From the NCBI GenBank assembly GCA_965203295.1, contig CBDBCZ010000013.1:224001-288000 (forward strand): a stretch of 64,000 nt of DNA. Reading direction: 5' to 3'. Made by a program: the position numbers and the translations under genes. Below the pieces are notes generated by a model that was not told where the DNA came from, searched no databases, and saw nothing but the letters and a program-made list of their open reading frames with translations. Position 1 is the stretch's first letter, and every line of letters begins with the position of its first letter. The DNA comes from Nitrospirales bacterium. Its GTDB lineage: Bacteria > Nitrospirota > Nitrospiria > Nitrospirales > UBA8639. Positions 12,001 to 23,370 of this stretch are shown here, one piece after another.

Positions 12001-15000
12001 GTATGTAAGTTGTCATCTTTCTGGTTTGCAATATTTTTATTTCCTGGTACTGCTTTTCTTCACAGATTAACTTTCACAATGGCTTTGTTCAGAATATTTT
12101 TGATGCAGTTACCACTTCAGGGCACTCTAGTCTAAAGCATTACTTTCCAAAGCTAGATGATTGCATTGATCCTACTGAAGTGACTGAAGGTGCTATGATA
12201 CTTCCAAAAGCTTTACAGTAAGAAGTGTATAAGCTCATTTTGAACTTGCATTGTTTAACGACTTACACATCATAATATCTTTAGAACTGGTGAAATTTAT
12301 GAGCAGCTGCTGGTACTAGTTCGCAGTCGTCACTTGCAACAAACACAGCAAGGATCATGTCCATTTGATCTACGCCGACTACAAAGTGATGTAGTCAGAG
12401 CATATCTGGCAGGAAAACCACTTATTCGTCAGTCACCATCTCTTCAGATACCATTCAAGTTCAGAGATGAACATTTCAATGCCCTTTCTTTGCATAATGT
12501 AAACCTTGAGCTGTCTGCCATCTCACAGAAGCTCACAATGGATTTTAGAGTAAGTTAAAAAAGGAGGAAATCTGCAGATAATTTGATACCAAATTATTTT
12601 CTTGTTTTTAGCTCAAACTGGATGAGGACTGGGCCAAGAAACTAGAGTACGAATTCCACTCGGCCAATTATCATATGTTAATTGAAGTTTTCACCGGGCT
12701 AAAGATTGCAGCTGAGTACCTGATTAAGGTACGTGTTTACTGGTTGTGAGAAAGAGCTGTTGTTCATTCTCCTTAATCTCCATTGACAGAGTCAACATGA
12801 CCAACCTGGTTATGAGTTCCATACTAGCAGTGGTATCATCGATCTCAGGGAGAAGACGCTACCTCAGTTCCTGATTTTGATTTATAAAGAGACAGAGATT
12901 GATAATGATGAGGAAGCAATAAAAGTGATCGGGATAAAAAGGTTGATGTTGTAGCATGCAAGAAGTGCACCATAAGGAAAATTTTTGTTTTAATTTGATT
13001 CTTTTTGTTGTTGTTGTTTTAGTGTGTCTCCCACTCAAATGGCCTGCTTGTCTGCTCTAAAGCTGCCCCACCTCTATTCGACTCTGGAGCTATTTTCAGC
13101 CTGGGTCAAGAATGGACTACATGACTTTCATCACCTCCCTCTGGCCATGAAAAAGCACTTAGAACCACAAGTTGTTGAATGTCTAGAAAAAATGGATACA
13201 ACATTCCAAGGTATCTATATAATTTTCTGCATATAATTGGTATAGTCTTGAAACAGTTTTTTTTTTATTTATTTAGGTACCCCCAGTGCATTCTTCCGTG
13301 ACCTCACTGAGCTTATGACAAGCTCAGAGGCACATATCAAAAGGACGATTGCTGAAAATATGCAGGTATAGCTTGTAAACATTGACTGAACTTCCAAATC
13401 TATGTATGTATTTGTTACTTTACAGAAACCTATCAAGGTATTACTGAGAGAATTACATCATGGAAAGAATGGAGATTTAGCCGAGCTGATTCCTGACTCA
13501 GTCCTCTGCCAACACTATGTGGCACTTCGTGTTTTTCTTAGATGGTAGGTGGAATGCTATAGCTTGATTCCAATTTGTATCTTGTGCCAGCACTTGTTAC
13601 CAATACTAGTCTCATGCATTGAAAGACATCACTCTTTGTTTATACGAGGAGTGGATGGATAGTCTAGGCAAGGCATATTAATTCCTCAGTTGCATCGGAG
13701 AGTTTAAGAACTTATGTAGACTATATACCCTTTGGAATTCTAGAGTATGTATCATTGTAATGTAGTCATTTGTTACCAACTCACTTGTTCCAACTCAAGA
13801 CAGTTAAGGTGGCCTCAAATCTGGATTGTGTAGAAAAAAAACATCAAAGTGCCTACTGTTTCTTTAGCAATAGCTAAGTATAGAGACATTTATATTAGTT
13901 TTGCTTTTCATAAATCAATTAGACTATGTAAATTATTTGGTGTGTTACCATGGGAACACGATGGCTTCTGGTAAATTGCGTCTTAATTAAAAGTTCCTTA
14001 ACTGCATACGTATTTTGCCGTTTGCTGCTACAAATCATTCTTAAATTTCGATATACCTGTAAGCATCCGATGACTTTTCATGCACACAAGCTAGCCTTCG
14101 GTGGAAACGGTGCTCCAGTGACTGCTCTAGGGAGCTACGCAAGAAAATAGCCATTTCAGAAGGCCTAAACTGTGCTAATTAATTATTCACCAACTCACCA
14201 CTTCTAGACGATATCCCCTGGGCAATGTTTCCACCAAAAGCGCGAAAGTGGGATCATACTAAAAGCGCCCTGAGACAAAATGCAGGCTATATCTACCATT
14301 TTTTGTAGCAGCAAATCCAATTTTGCTTGGATGCCTCGAGAGCTGGCTAGGTAAGCACTTTATGGCTTCACTGACAAAGCATTACTGGTTATGCAACGAT
14401 TTGCAATGTTTATTCTGCGAGAACAATCGCAGTTTACACAGTACCAGGATGTAACCTGTAGTTGATTAGAATAAAAGCTGAGGCTTCCTTAACCGTCCTG
14501 AGAATATTCGGTACACTCCTGGAACACTCCTGGATGATGAAACCATACACGTACTTTATTAGAGCAGTTGTATTAGGCACCTCAGTCAGGCCTTTAGCAC
14601 ATATCAACTAGTACGTAGTCTAGTCCATCTGTTTTAATTTTCATTCTCACTGGTCTACTCGGTCCGTGCATATTTCCGCCAACTGAAATTCTAACGGTTA
14701 CGCGATAGGAATTAAGGAATACCGCACGCGTGGAGTCCAAATTCCGAAATTTCAATCCAAAATCAAAAAATCCATAGTTTAGGATTAGAGCTGTTTTAAT
14801 TTTCATTCTCACTGGTCTACTCTTTAAAAGTGTCTGTTTTAGCACAGCAGTCAACTGATGAATCATGGTGTATAATAATTGGGAGCAGATATGCAATGTC
14901 CTTGGACAGCTGTGCATCCTATGAAGAATTCATTTATGCACTACCCTTTATCCTAAATCGCCTATTCGTGTGACCATCCAATGTCAATGGATATTGAGCA

Positions 15001-15986
15001 GTTTGTTGTATAGAAGTACTATACAACTCTGTAATAAGATGTATTCTGCTTTTTTCAGGAGAGTGGTAGCCTCTGAAATGAAGACACACAAGTATACAAT
15101 TAGCCAAAAACAACTGGAGGAGCAGGAGATCCCATGGCTAGAGTTTGTTGATGATCTTTGGGTTAAAGAAAACTTCAAACACCTCAGAGATGCAGCTATG
15201 CCGTACGATCACAACAATCAAGTGTTTGATGTGACTCAAGAGTATGGGTTCCTTAGTGAAGCAGTAATTGATGAGGAACCACTGCTATTTGAGGATGAAA
15301 AGGACAAGGAGCGGAAGGAGGAGGAAGAGGCCTGGACACGTTAGTACTAATAAAAAACTTTGATAATAGCTTTAAGATACTATTCCAATAATGAGGTTAC
15401 CTACATGTAACAAGGTGTTTACTGCACTACATACGATGTCACTAGTAACAAATTTGTTTAACCGTTTATTCTACGTAAACCCTTTTTTTACGATGTGCAT
15501 ACATACTATGCATGGTCTTTGAGGCCTTGAAATCTCAATAATTGTTTAGGGAAGTTGACCAGGTACTAATAATATTATGTAGGAGTTATAATACATCCAA
15601 GGCAATTAGTATATATTATAAGAGAGCATCAAGTTCTAGGAATGATATAAGATTTGTACATGTACTACCTCTACAATTCCATGCCTGCATCTGAACCTGC
15701 ATCTTTATGCTGTACAAAAACTTTCATTCTGTACGCTGCAGGTATTCCTGTTGAAGAACTGAAGAAAGCAGCAGAGGCGGTCAAAGTTGAAGATGTAGCA
15801 AAGTTTTTGATTGAGCTGGGGCTAGGAAAACATGTAGCACTCTTTAAAGAAAACGACATTGATGGGGTCCTCTTGCTCGAATTGTCTGTAGATCACCTGG
15901 ATGAACTTGGAGTTAAAAGTGGTTTTGAATGTCGGAAAATTTGGAAAAGATTTAGACAACACATGTATTCACTGATTAGTACGTAA
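1..15986 (+). CDS. RNF213: RNF213/mysterin-like giant AAA+ ATPase, copy A (5'-partial, about 36 exons visible), C-terminal SAM domain
   Basis: Spliced reading shows RNF213 hallmark motifs: CGIPVIIVGETGVGKT (Walker A), AYLDEINTASC (Walker B), IVASCNPHR, LMWDYGSL, PLIIVGEPGSSKTLS, YQCSHRTTS, VVFMDEAGLP, LKVLHYYLD, FVAISNHVLDAAKTNRA, FGLRDF, CSDFPGDD, FYDLFNQRF, PAPFLNRFEKY. Phase-consistent GT-AG exons checked: <1-250, 658-929, 989-1064, 1141-1265, 1344-1424, 1493-2944, 3010-3261, 3465-3830, 10479-10829, 15059-15339, 15742-15986 (stop TAA). The other exons were followed less strictly. The symbol marks family membership, not proven orthology. Confidence 0.9.
260..359. mobile_element. Short palindromic MITE, Academ(H)-like (TAG...CTA-type ends, 9-bp TSD)
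   Basis: Imperfect TIRs tagcttcgttcccaggctctcc / ggagcctagaaacaaggata, flanked by gtatttctt (251-259) and gtatttcta (360-368). Confidence 0.65.
4409..4640. mobile_element. Intronic MITE (unclassified)
   Basis: About 25-bp imperfect TIRs atatgtggcagtcccaggtagaaaa / ttttctacctgggactggcatgtat; no ORF inside. Confidence 0.55.
13794..14502. mobile_element. Intronic MITE, possibly Kolobok-like (TTAA-flanked)
   Basis: Inverted ends ctcaagacagttaaggtggcctca / tgaggcttccttaaccgtcctgag, each containing TTAA; lies in the 13544-15058 intron of copy A. Confidence 0.55.
14629..14822. repeat. 32-bp perfect direct repeat flanking a 130-bp segment
   Basis: ctgttttaattttcattctcactggtctactc occurs at 14629-14660 and 14791-14822. 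Confidence 0.85.
15742..15986 (+). other. SAM (sterile alpha motif) domain, terminal exon of copy A
   Basis: VEDVAKFLIELGLGKHVALFKENDIDGVLLLELSVDHLDELGVKSGFECRKIWKRF fits the SAM pattern (V..FL..LGL..Y...F....IDG..LL.L....L..LGV..G...KI). It joins in frame through phase-1 intron 15340-15741. Confidence 0.85.
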
Positions 15987-16004
15987 GTGATTTGTTGATT
16001 TTGT

Positions 16005-16210
16005 AGTTTATACATGCCCCCTTTTACTTTAAACATGCCCCCGTTTTGTTTTACATCAGTTTACTTTCTACATGCCCCCTTTTGTTTTATATCAGTTTAC
16101 TGTAAACATGCCCCCTTTTTGTTTTACATCAGTTTACTTTATACATGCCCCCCTTTTTGTTTTACATCAGTTTACTTTATACATGCCCCCCTTTTTGTTT
16201 TACATCAGTA
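16005..16210. repeat. Minisatellite, about 39-40 bp unit, about 5 copies, in the 3' UTR region of copy A
   Basis: Unit approximately catcagtttactttatacatgcccccctttttgtttta, repeated in tandem. Confidence 0.9.
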
Positions 16211-16464
16211 TTGCAGTAGTTATACATTAATGTATGTATAGAACACAAGAGAACTTTTTTGGTACTGAAAGTTGTACGCTATGCTTTTTAGCTAATTATT
16301 TGCACTTGTACAGCAGCTTACAGTCGTATAATTACCATGATGTGTATTATGTGTAGATGGATAGGGTTTTTAGAAACTGCACAAACCTTGTAGTTTTTTT
16401 CTCACTTGCAAATGTCTTTTGATTAGATTGGTGTGATTTATTAATTCATTATTTCTTCCAGCAT

Positions 16465-16601
16465 GCATGCCTTGATATGAGGTTCTTCTGCCCATGTAGC
16501 TTTACACACGTAGTAAAATAAGCGTTTATTTTACTGCATGTAGTACGTATGTACATGTACATGCAAAAAAGTTGGGCAGAAGAGCCTGGGGACGAGGCTA
16601 T
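16465..16601. mobile_element. Degenerate palindromic MITE of the tagcctcg...cgaggcta family
   Basis: Right end gggcagaagagcctggggacgaggcta; degenerate left arm ...ggttcttctgccca. Confidence 0.45.
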
Positions 16602-18300
16602 ACTGTTCTCATGCATGCACCTAACCCAGGAAGGTTCTAATTGAACCAAAATGCATTATTTTAAGGTCTATGTAATATAATATTATAGAAACAAAATCAA
16701 ATTTTGATTTGCTGCAATAATTCAAGGGCTGAGAACCAGAGTGGCCTAACCCACAAAATTGAACTTATTCCTCCCTGACATGGGAGTACTAGTACTCTTA
16801 AAATGTGTTTCAGGACCTGCTCAAAATTGAAATTTGTAGGGTACGCATATTTGTAACTTCTATTTGATACAATTTCCAGCACTTGATTGTTAGACCACTA
16901 TGGTTCTCTGCCCTTCAAATTATTATAGCTATATGCCATAGTGGTGCTGGATTACGATATATACCTTGTCCTATATATATACATGCAAAAGGGATGTCCA
17001 CGGTCTTAGCTATAATACTATATAAATCTATTACATGTTTTGCATAGTGGGAAGTGACACAATGGCCACACTATATTATAATGGCGCCATTAGGGGAATT
17101 GTAGCAAACTACAGTACGCATAATTATCGCAATGGCTACATGTAGTCTATTTAAATTCGTCAAGCTAAAGCAGACCCCTTCACTAATATAACATGGGCTT
17201 GCTTCAGTCATATAATTATATTACGTGTTGTCTTTCTACATGGCTGCTCTCTTTAGAGGCGCGACTGTTCTGCTTTGCAGAGTATAATATTTAATAGAAG
17301 AATGTGGTCACATTCACCAGGCTAATTTCTAGCATAATCAACATTGTGTTTGCCAGCTTCAGTAAATTTCATTCATCTTTTGCGTCCCACTCCTATCGTC
17401 AGTTCTGTTATTGCTAAAAGCTCTCAAACCTGCGACTCAAATTTTATTGGCTAAAATTTTATAATGGTAGACGTCATTGCAAATCCTACTCCGCTGAAGA
17501 CCCTGTCGCGTATCAACTGATGCTTAAGAGAGATCTGTTGCACACACAATACTATGAGAATGAATGCAATGCCTGAGTACTTGGTACAGCAAGCCTCATC
17601 GCTTGCACCTGCTGTGTTTGTTATGCAGTAATTGACGCTACAAAGTACTGCATACAGCACTGAGTCAAAAGTTCAAGTGAAAATTGCAGGAAATTTGATT
17701 TACTGTACAGGGCTGTAATAGTCAGGAAATTGGTATACAGACAGCCCTGTACATTAAATTTCCTGTAACTTCCTTCAAGATGCACGCGCATTTGCAGCAG
17801 TGACGCATATTACGTCATTGGATTTAATGGGTTAAATGAGCGGCGCCGGGCGGGCAGGTTGCACGTGTACGTCAATAAATGCATGATGTCACGTATAGCT
17901 AATTTTAGCGTTCCGTATTGAGAAGAATACGGAAGGTATGCAGAGGTATACGTACGGTATCTGCCCTAGCCTAGAGAACGTTTTGTAGCTCTACAACCCT
18001 CGAGGGAACGGGTGGGGAAAAACTTTGGCTTGCAAGTATGGAGCTGTGCTGCAGAAGATTGGGTTTGAATGCAGTGGATTCTCAGTAAGCTTGCAAAACA
18101 TTTCGGAAAGATACGGTAAGGTAGCGGTTTTACTACTCAGATTCTAGCTATTTTATTTTAAAAACTGCTAAACTTACACAAGATCATTCGCGGAGCGCTT
18201 TCTTTTCATCATCAGACAGCATAGCCAATTGCATTCCACTGCTGGTGCACGTGATCGCTTCCAACATCCCCGGCCCCCTACCTAGCCCTCGATCGAAGGG

Positions 18301-18570
18301 CTAGTCTCGTACCCAGCCCCACGTTAAGAAGGTGGGTCTGGCTCCCCGTATATTCAAAGTTGGTGCAGCATTACGTCAGCGGTCCCCAGATCTGGACCGG
18401 CAATGTGATTGTTTACTTATAGTATTACATCACTGAACGGTTGTAGTATCCGGATATCTACGTGAATGGCCACGTGGACACTATCCGTTTGGTGATGTAA
18501 TGTGATGTAACGCTAGCCCAACTTTGAATATGCGGGGAGCCAGACCCACTTTCTAACGTGGGGCTGGGCG
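18301..18570. mobile_element. MITE with about 60-bp TIRs (tagtctcg family; right tip eroded)
   Basis: ccagccccacgttaagaaggtgggtctggctccccgtatattcaaagttgg is inverted at 18518-18568 (ccaactttgaatatgcggggagccagacccactttctaacgtggggctggg). Confidence 0.65.
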
Positions 18571-20029
18571 TCATTGCTCGTTTAGCCACAACCCTGCATG
18601 CACGACTGCTGACGCCTGGGCATGCGTCGTGCGTGCACTGACACACCCATGACGTAATGTACACTGAGTTGAATAATATTAAAGGATATCGTATGATGCC
18701 CTCGGAGGCACGTGATAATCAGTAAAGTAATAGTCTACTAAAACCCCAACCACTTCGCTGTGTGAACCAGTATCAATAGAGCTGAAAAGGAAGGGTCGAT
18801 TTAACTCAAGCGAGGCCTAGGGGTGAGCCAATATGCATGAATCGGTCGTGTTTATAGCCACTATACCATTATGTATCCAATGCATTAGTAGCCTTCCATG
18901 CAAATTCTGCAGAACGTGTTGAGAATGATTATGGGGCTAGCTAGCTCGCACAAGGCAAGCTATTGAAGTCACACAAATGCAAATTAGCATGGTAGATAGC
19001 TAGAGTATATAGTAGCACAGTCCTACACTACTCCCTAGCGCATTGATACTTGAACTAAATTCTTGCTATACATAGCTACTAACTCAGCTTATTTTATGAA
19101 GCTACGGTATTTTAATGCTCAGATTCTGAGATTGGTAAACTTATGCGCACGACTCCTGGAGTTGCTATTACTTTAGGCCATGCTATTTTACATCACGAAT
19201 GAACTCTAGAACCAATAAATGTATGGACTAGTGTGATTGTGTAGTCACACTTTGGTGAGCCCCTACCACTGTAACTGCTTATTGATTAAGTGAGGTAGCT
19301 ACATCAGTGTTCTTGGCACTAGACTAGACTTGGCTTTGTCCAGGACTCTTATCTAGGATATCAATGTAAATTAGGTGCTCGACATTATTTGATGACTTCT
19401 TTTTGAAAAAAAATCATCTGAGTATCCACTGCATTCGAGCAAATCTTGTGTAGCACAGTTCCATGCCTGCAAATTATCCAAGGGAGAATCCTCTCCCGTT
19501 CTGTTAGAGGTTGTAGAGCTACAAAACAGTCTTTAGGCCCAACTCTACATACCTTATGTATTCTTCTCAGTGGAGTGCTATTAGCTATGTGTGACATCAT
19601 GCAATACTGTTACTGAGTGTATAGTCTCCATTTTGAAACTTGCTAGTTATCCATAAGCAGTGGGAGTGCAGGGTCTGGTGTTGGGGGGTGGGGTGGGGTA
19701 GTTGTCCTTAAAAGTTTCCACGTATGTAGGCATAGCCCCCACATTGGCCCATTTCGGAAACTAATGCAATTCCATGATGTCATTTGGAAGACAGCTGATG
19801 GCAAAACCCTTATGTTTCAGGAAGAAGATGTCAGAGGGCCTTATTAAGGTAGCAGTGCGTATAGGAATGTATACAAAATGCCTATAGAATTGCTGCGCTA
19901 GCTGGAAAGGGTAAATCACTTGATTTACCGAAATGTGCATGCCCAAAGTCGCTGCCTTATTGAGGTCCTCTGTTGAGCCCTCAGTCTTTGTGAAAAGTGT
20001 TCACATTCACAGAAATTGCATTTTTCCGT

Positions 20030-20168
20030 CTGCATTGTCCCCCATATGTCGTCACAAGCATTGTCCCCCATATGTCGTCACAAGCATTGTCCCCCATATG
20101 TCGTCACAAGCATTGTCCTCCATATGTCGTCACAAGCATTGTCCCCCATATGTTGTCACAAGCATTGA
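20030..20168. repeat. Minisatellite, 26-bp unit, about 5 copies
   Basis: gcattgtcccccatatgtcgtcacaa repeated head-to-tail with no spacers. Confidence 0.9.
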
Positions 20169-20801
20169 CCACAATTGCTGACAGTACCACAGCAATCATT
20201 ACTTGCCTTTGCTGAGATACCACACTCACAGACAACTCTGCAGCAGCGATGCAGCTCTTTCCTCAGTGTGTTAAATCGACTTATTGTACCCTGCCCATGT
20301 TCAGTACGATTTCCCTGTGCTTTCAGTGTGCAAAATAAGGTTTAAATTATGCTAGGTCATTTGGCAGACCAAACTGAATTTTGGTTGGACAATTCTCAAT
20401 TTTGTTTGGACGTATTTTTTGGGCTTGGGGAAGCCATATAGGACGTGATTGCGTTCGGGGTCAAACTCTCTGGGCCATAGGAGCCCGGTCCGCTGTTATA
20501 GCCTAGTTTGCGCGATGTGCTTGCACAAACAAGGATATGATCAGACGGTAGGACCGACCAAGCAACAATTTGCACGGTCATTTCCATGGAATGGTCGGAA
20601 ATTGACTGATGACCGGCTGTTATTTTGTACACTGTGCTTTGTATCTCACCCCCCCCCCCCCCCACACACATGCTCACTTAAAACAGCTTCCCCACCTATG
20701 TATACATGTTACCAACAGTTAATTGAGAGTGAGGTATTTTCGTGAATCAGGCTGTCATGAGAATAGCTACTTGCCTGGAACCATGCATAAGATTACTAAG
20801 C

Positions 20802-20910
20802 TAGCCTCGTTCCCTGGCCTTCACCCCACCTTTGTCTCTTGCAGTACGAAAGGCTATTTTTTTACACACTGCGAAAATAAGCTGCGGTGTGGAGCCTGGG
20901 AACGAGGTTA
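20802..20910. mobile_element. Palindromic MITE, Academ(H)-like
   Basis: Ends tagcctcgttccctggc / gcctgggaacgaggtta; flanks ttactaagc / ttactaaac form a near-perfect 9-bp TSD. Confidence 0.65.
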
Positions 20911-21463
20911 TTACTAAACTGTGAAAAAATTGACTGGTCTTCTAAACAGCTTTAGTATATGTTACTATAGTAACAAGTGTATGGAATAATTTTCATAGAG
21001 TATACCGTATAGCGGGAAATTTTCGCAGGTGCAAATTTTCGCGAAAATGCCGTTTTGGCTTTAGTTTTTATTTTCGCAGTTTTTATTTTCGCGTCGGCAC
21101 GAATAGTTGACCACGCCCCTACATCCTGTCAAGACTAGATCTATATAGCGCCTCTCAACTCGTGTCAAGTGACGGACAGCCGCCTTGTTGCCGTGCATTG
21201 ACGCGTACTTGCCGATCGCTGCCTGTTGCTCGGGTGTGTGCTTCGCATATATGGCACGCCATCCGTATCAAAATTAATACTACGACATCACGACCAAAAT
21301 GCGCGTAGCCAGACGTCACTACGCGTAGCGACGTACGTCACTGCGCGTAGCGAGTAGTGCGTAGCGAGAAGTCACTGCACGTAGCGAGACGTCACTGCGC
21401 GTACTTAACAGTAAAATTAATGCTAACTGTATTGATTACTATGACTGCATACATTCAATAATA

Positions 21464-22097
21464 TTACTGTGCAAAACCAAAAATTATTGCTACTACTTGC
21501 TGATAGAGATTTATGCCGTAGTTGCCATCGTCTGATAATGGATCCACTGCCTGCTGTAATTCATCCATTTCTTCATCAGAGAGCTGAACTGCAGAGCGAG
21601 GAATTGACACCCCTTCTGAATCATCTGGAGTGGGTCCAGATCCATCTTCATCAATTCCATAATCTTCATCAACCTGGTCAAAGAAGTCGACTGCAATTAG
21701 CTGTGATCTTTGTAATCGTAGGGCACCAGCTGTAAACAGCTGATTGGGTGACATACCAGATTCAGTTCGAATTCCATGGCTGTTCCAGCCTTGAGAAAAT
21801 AATCTCAGGGCCCTGTTTATACGTGGTAGGTATATGTAATGGATTGCAAACAAATGGTGTTCATTAGTGGGGTCAAGTAGAGTTTGGTACTCTAAGTAAT
21901 AGAATAGACGATAAAAATAATGTTCTTGTCACACATCTATGCATATCTCGCCAAAAACGCTCAATCCTTTGGTTGTGCACAGAGCTTCCAACTATAACAC
22001 TGCGTCGTTCTGCTCCACAATGATGTATCATGTGCTGAGCCACAAGGACGTTCTCTCCACCCTGGTCACAGCGCACTCGTGATGGCAAACCATGCAT
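21464..22097 (-). pseudogene. Integrase-core (rve-like) transposase C-terminal remnant, frameshifted
   Basis: [15 protein letters not shown]...[21 protein letters not shown], then a frameshift near 21920, then [61 protein letters not shown]. Confidence 0.8.
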
Positions 22098-22663
22098 ACT
22101 GCATTTGCTGGTCTAGGGCATGCAGCCTTCTTTTTTGCCTTCTGAGCAGATGCCACACATTGAGCAGTAGGATCAAATGCCTGAGGGGGTCGCTTGTGGC
22201 TTGTAGTAGATGGAAACAGCTGTGCTAGCGTTTTTGCTTCTACTTCTGTAGGTTTCTTTACTCTTGTCAAGATACTTTCAGCCCTAGAAGTCAGTTCTTG
22301 GACCTATTATTGCAACAAATACGCTATAAAACAATTAAAATATATTGTAATATATAGTGGCTCAAGTACCTTCACTGGAGACTCCACAGGCTTAGGAACA
22401 ACTGTTATTCGGTCTCCTTCCTTTACTTCTTTTGCACTGCTTACATCAATAAACATACCCCACCTTTCCGACCACCGTTGCAGTAGGTAAACGGGCTGCT
22501 CACTGCGATTGACGGCGCTACTGCTCGTTTCCGGCTCCCCGAAAGTAACCCTGCCATTCCATCCAGTCCTCTGTAACTCCCTTTCAACAAAATCGCATAT
22601 CGCACTGTCAGCTGGCACCTCTAACTGGCGACGGGAGGACTTCTATTCCAGTAAGATATCCAT
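22098..22663 (-). pseudogene. Remnant of the second (accessory) gene of the IS3EU-like element
   Basis: ATG at 22663 gives MDILLE*KSSRRQLEVPAD...YLLQRWSERWGMFIDV... with a premature stop; probable GT-AG intron near 22305-22369; abuts the integrase fragment at a deletion junction. Confidence 0.5.
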
Positions 22664-23285
22664 ACACGGACCTCTCTCTCGTTGAAGAAACTGTATTGCG
22701 CATGCGTGAGCGTTAATTTTACTGTTGAGTACGCGCAGTGGCGTCTCGCTACGTGCAGTGACTTCTCGCTACGCGCTGTGACTTCTCGCTACGCGCAGTG
22801 ACTTCTCGCTACGCGCAGTGACGTACGTCGCTACGCGTAGTGACGTGTGGCTACGCGCATTTTGGTCGTGATGTCGTAGTATTAATTTTGATACGGATGG
22901 CGTGCCATACGCATATGCGCCTCTCGACTTCGAACGCGGTGTCACGGCACTCTTCACAGCCTCATTAGCGTCTTTTATAGCCGCGGGGCTTATGGAGGTT
23001 GACAAAGACCCAGTGGGAGCTGGAAGAACCGAGTCTGCGGTCTTGAAATAGCGATAGAGGGCCATCTTCTCCGTCCGTACCGTGTCGCCTAAACACTAAC
23101 AGACACGTGTCAAAATTTTGGCAGTTCAAAATTTCACTGGTTGAAAATTTCGCAGTTCTTATTTTCGCGAAATCAGCACGGGCGCGAAAAGCGCGAAAAT
23201 TTGCACCATGCGAAAATTTCCCGCTATACGGTAGTAAGAATCCCATAGAGCATAAGAAGCTGAAAAGATGTGCATATACTAAATG

Positions 23286-23370
23286 GCTCAGAGCATGGGC
23301 AGCTCTATGTTCTAACTAGACCTCGGCTTTGCCTCGGCCTACTTAGAACATACCTGCCCATGCTCTAAGC
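23286..23370. repeat. Hairpin with ctcggctttgcctcgg centre
   Basis: Arms gctcagagcatgggcag..tatgttctaa / ttagaacata..ctgcccatgctctaagc. Confidence 0.7.

Larger units (their letters stand above)
21250..22909 (-). mobile_element. IS3EU-like DDE/integrase DNA transposon, internally deleted
   Basis: About 175-bp TIRs starting tatggcacgccatccgtatcaaaattaatac, with internal ~20-bp tandem units; 6-bp TSD cgcata (21244-21249, 22910-22915); TAT...ATA termini; encodes integrase-core remnants. Confidence 0.8.
21005..23231 (-). mobile_element. Non-autonomous pogo/Tc1-mariner-like DNA transposon (host of a nested element)
   Basis: About 40-bp TIRs ccgtatagcgggaaattttcgca(t)ggtgcaaattttcgcg with TA on both sides. 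A minus-strand transposase N-terminal remnant MALYRYFKTADSVLPAPTGSLS...KSRGAYA continues in frame as KHTPEQQAAIGKYASMHGNKAAVRH once the nested insert is removed. Confidence 0.85.

Noticed and set aside
1029..12135. Many short antisense or alternate-frame ORFs overlapping copy A (and likewise copy B)
   Set aside because: Shadows of real exons with no independent motifs.
17780..18120. CpG-rich promoter and first exon of copy B
   Set aside because: Candidate ATGs hit early stops and could not be linked confidently to downstream exons; flanked by repeats, so it may be TE-derived.
20030..20168. CRISPR-like array
   Set aside because: The 26-bp units are contiguous with no unique spacers and there are no cas genes; it is a minisatellite.
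22730..22860. CRISPR-like or regulatory repeat array
   Set aside because: These ~20-bp units are part of the TIR of the IS3EU-like element and are mirrored at 21300-21405.
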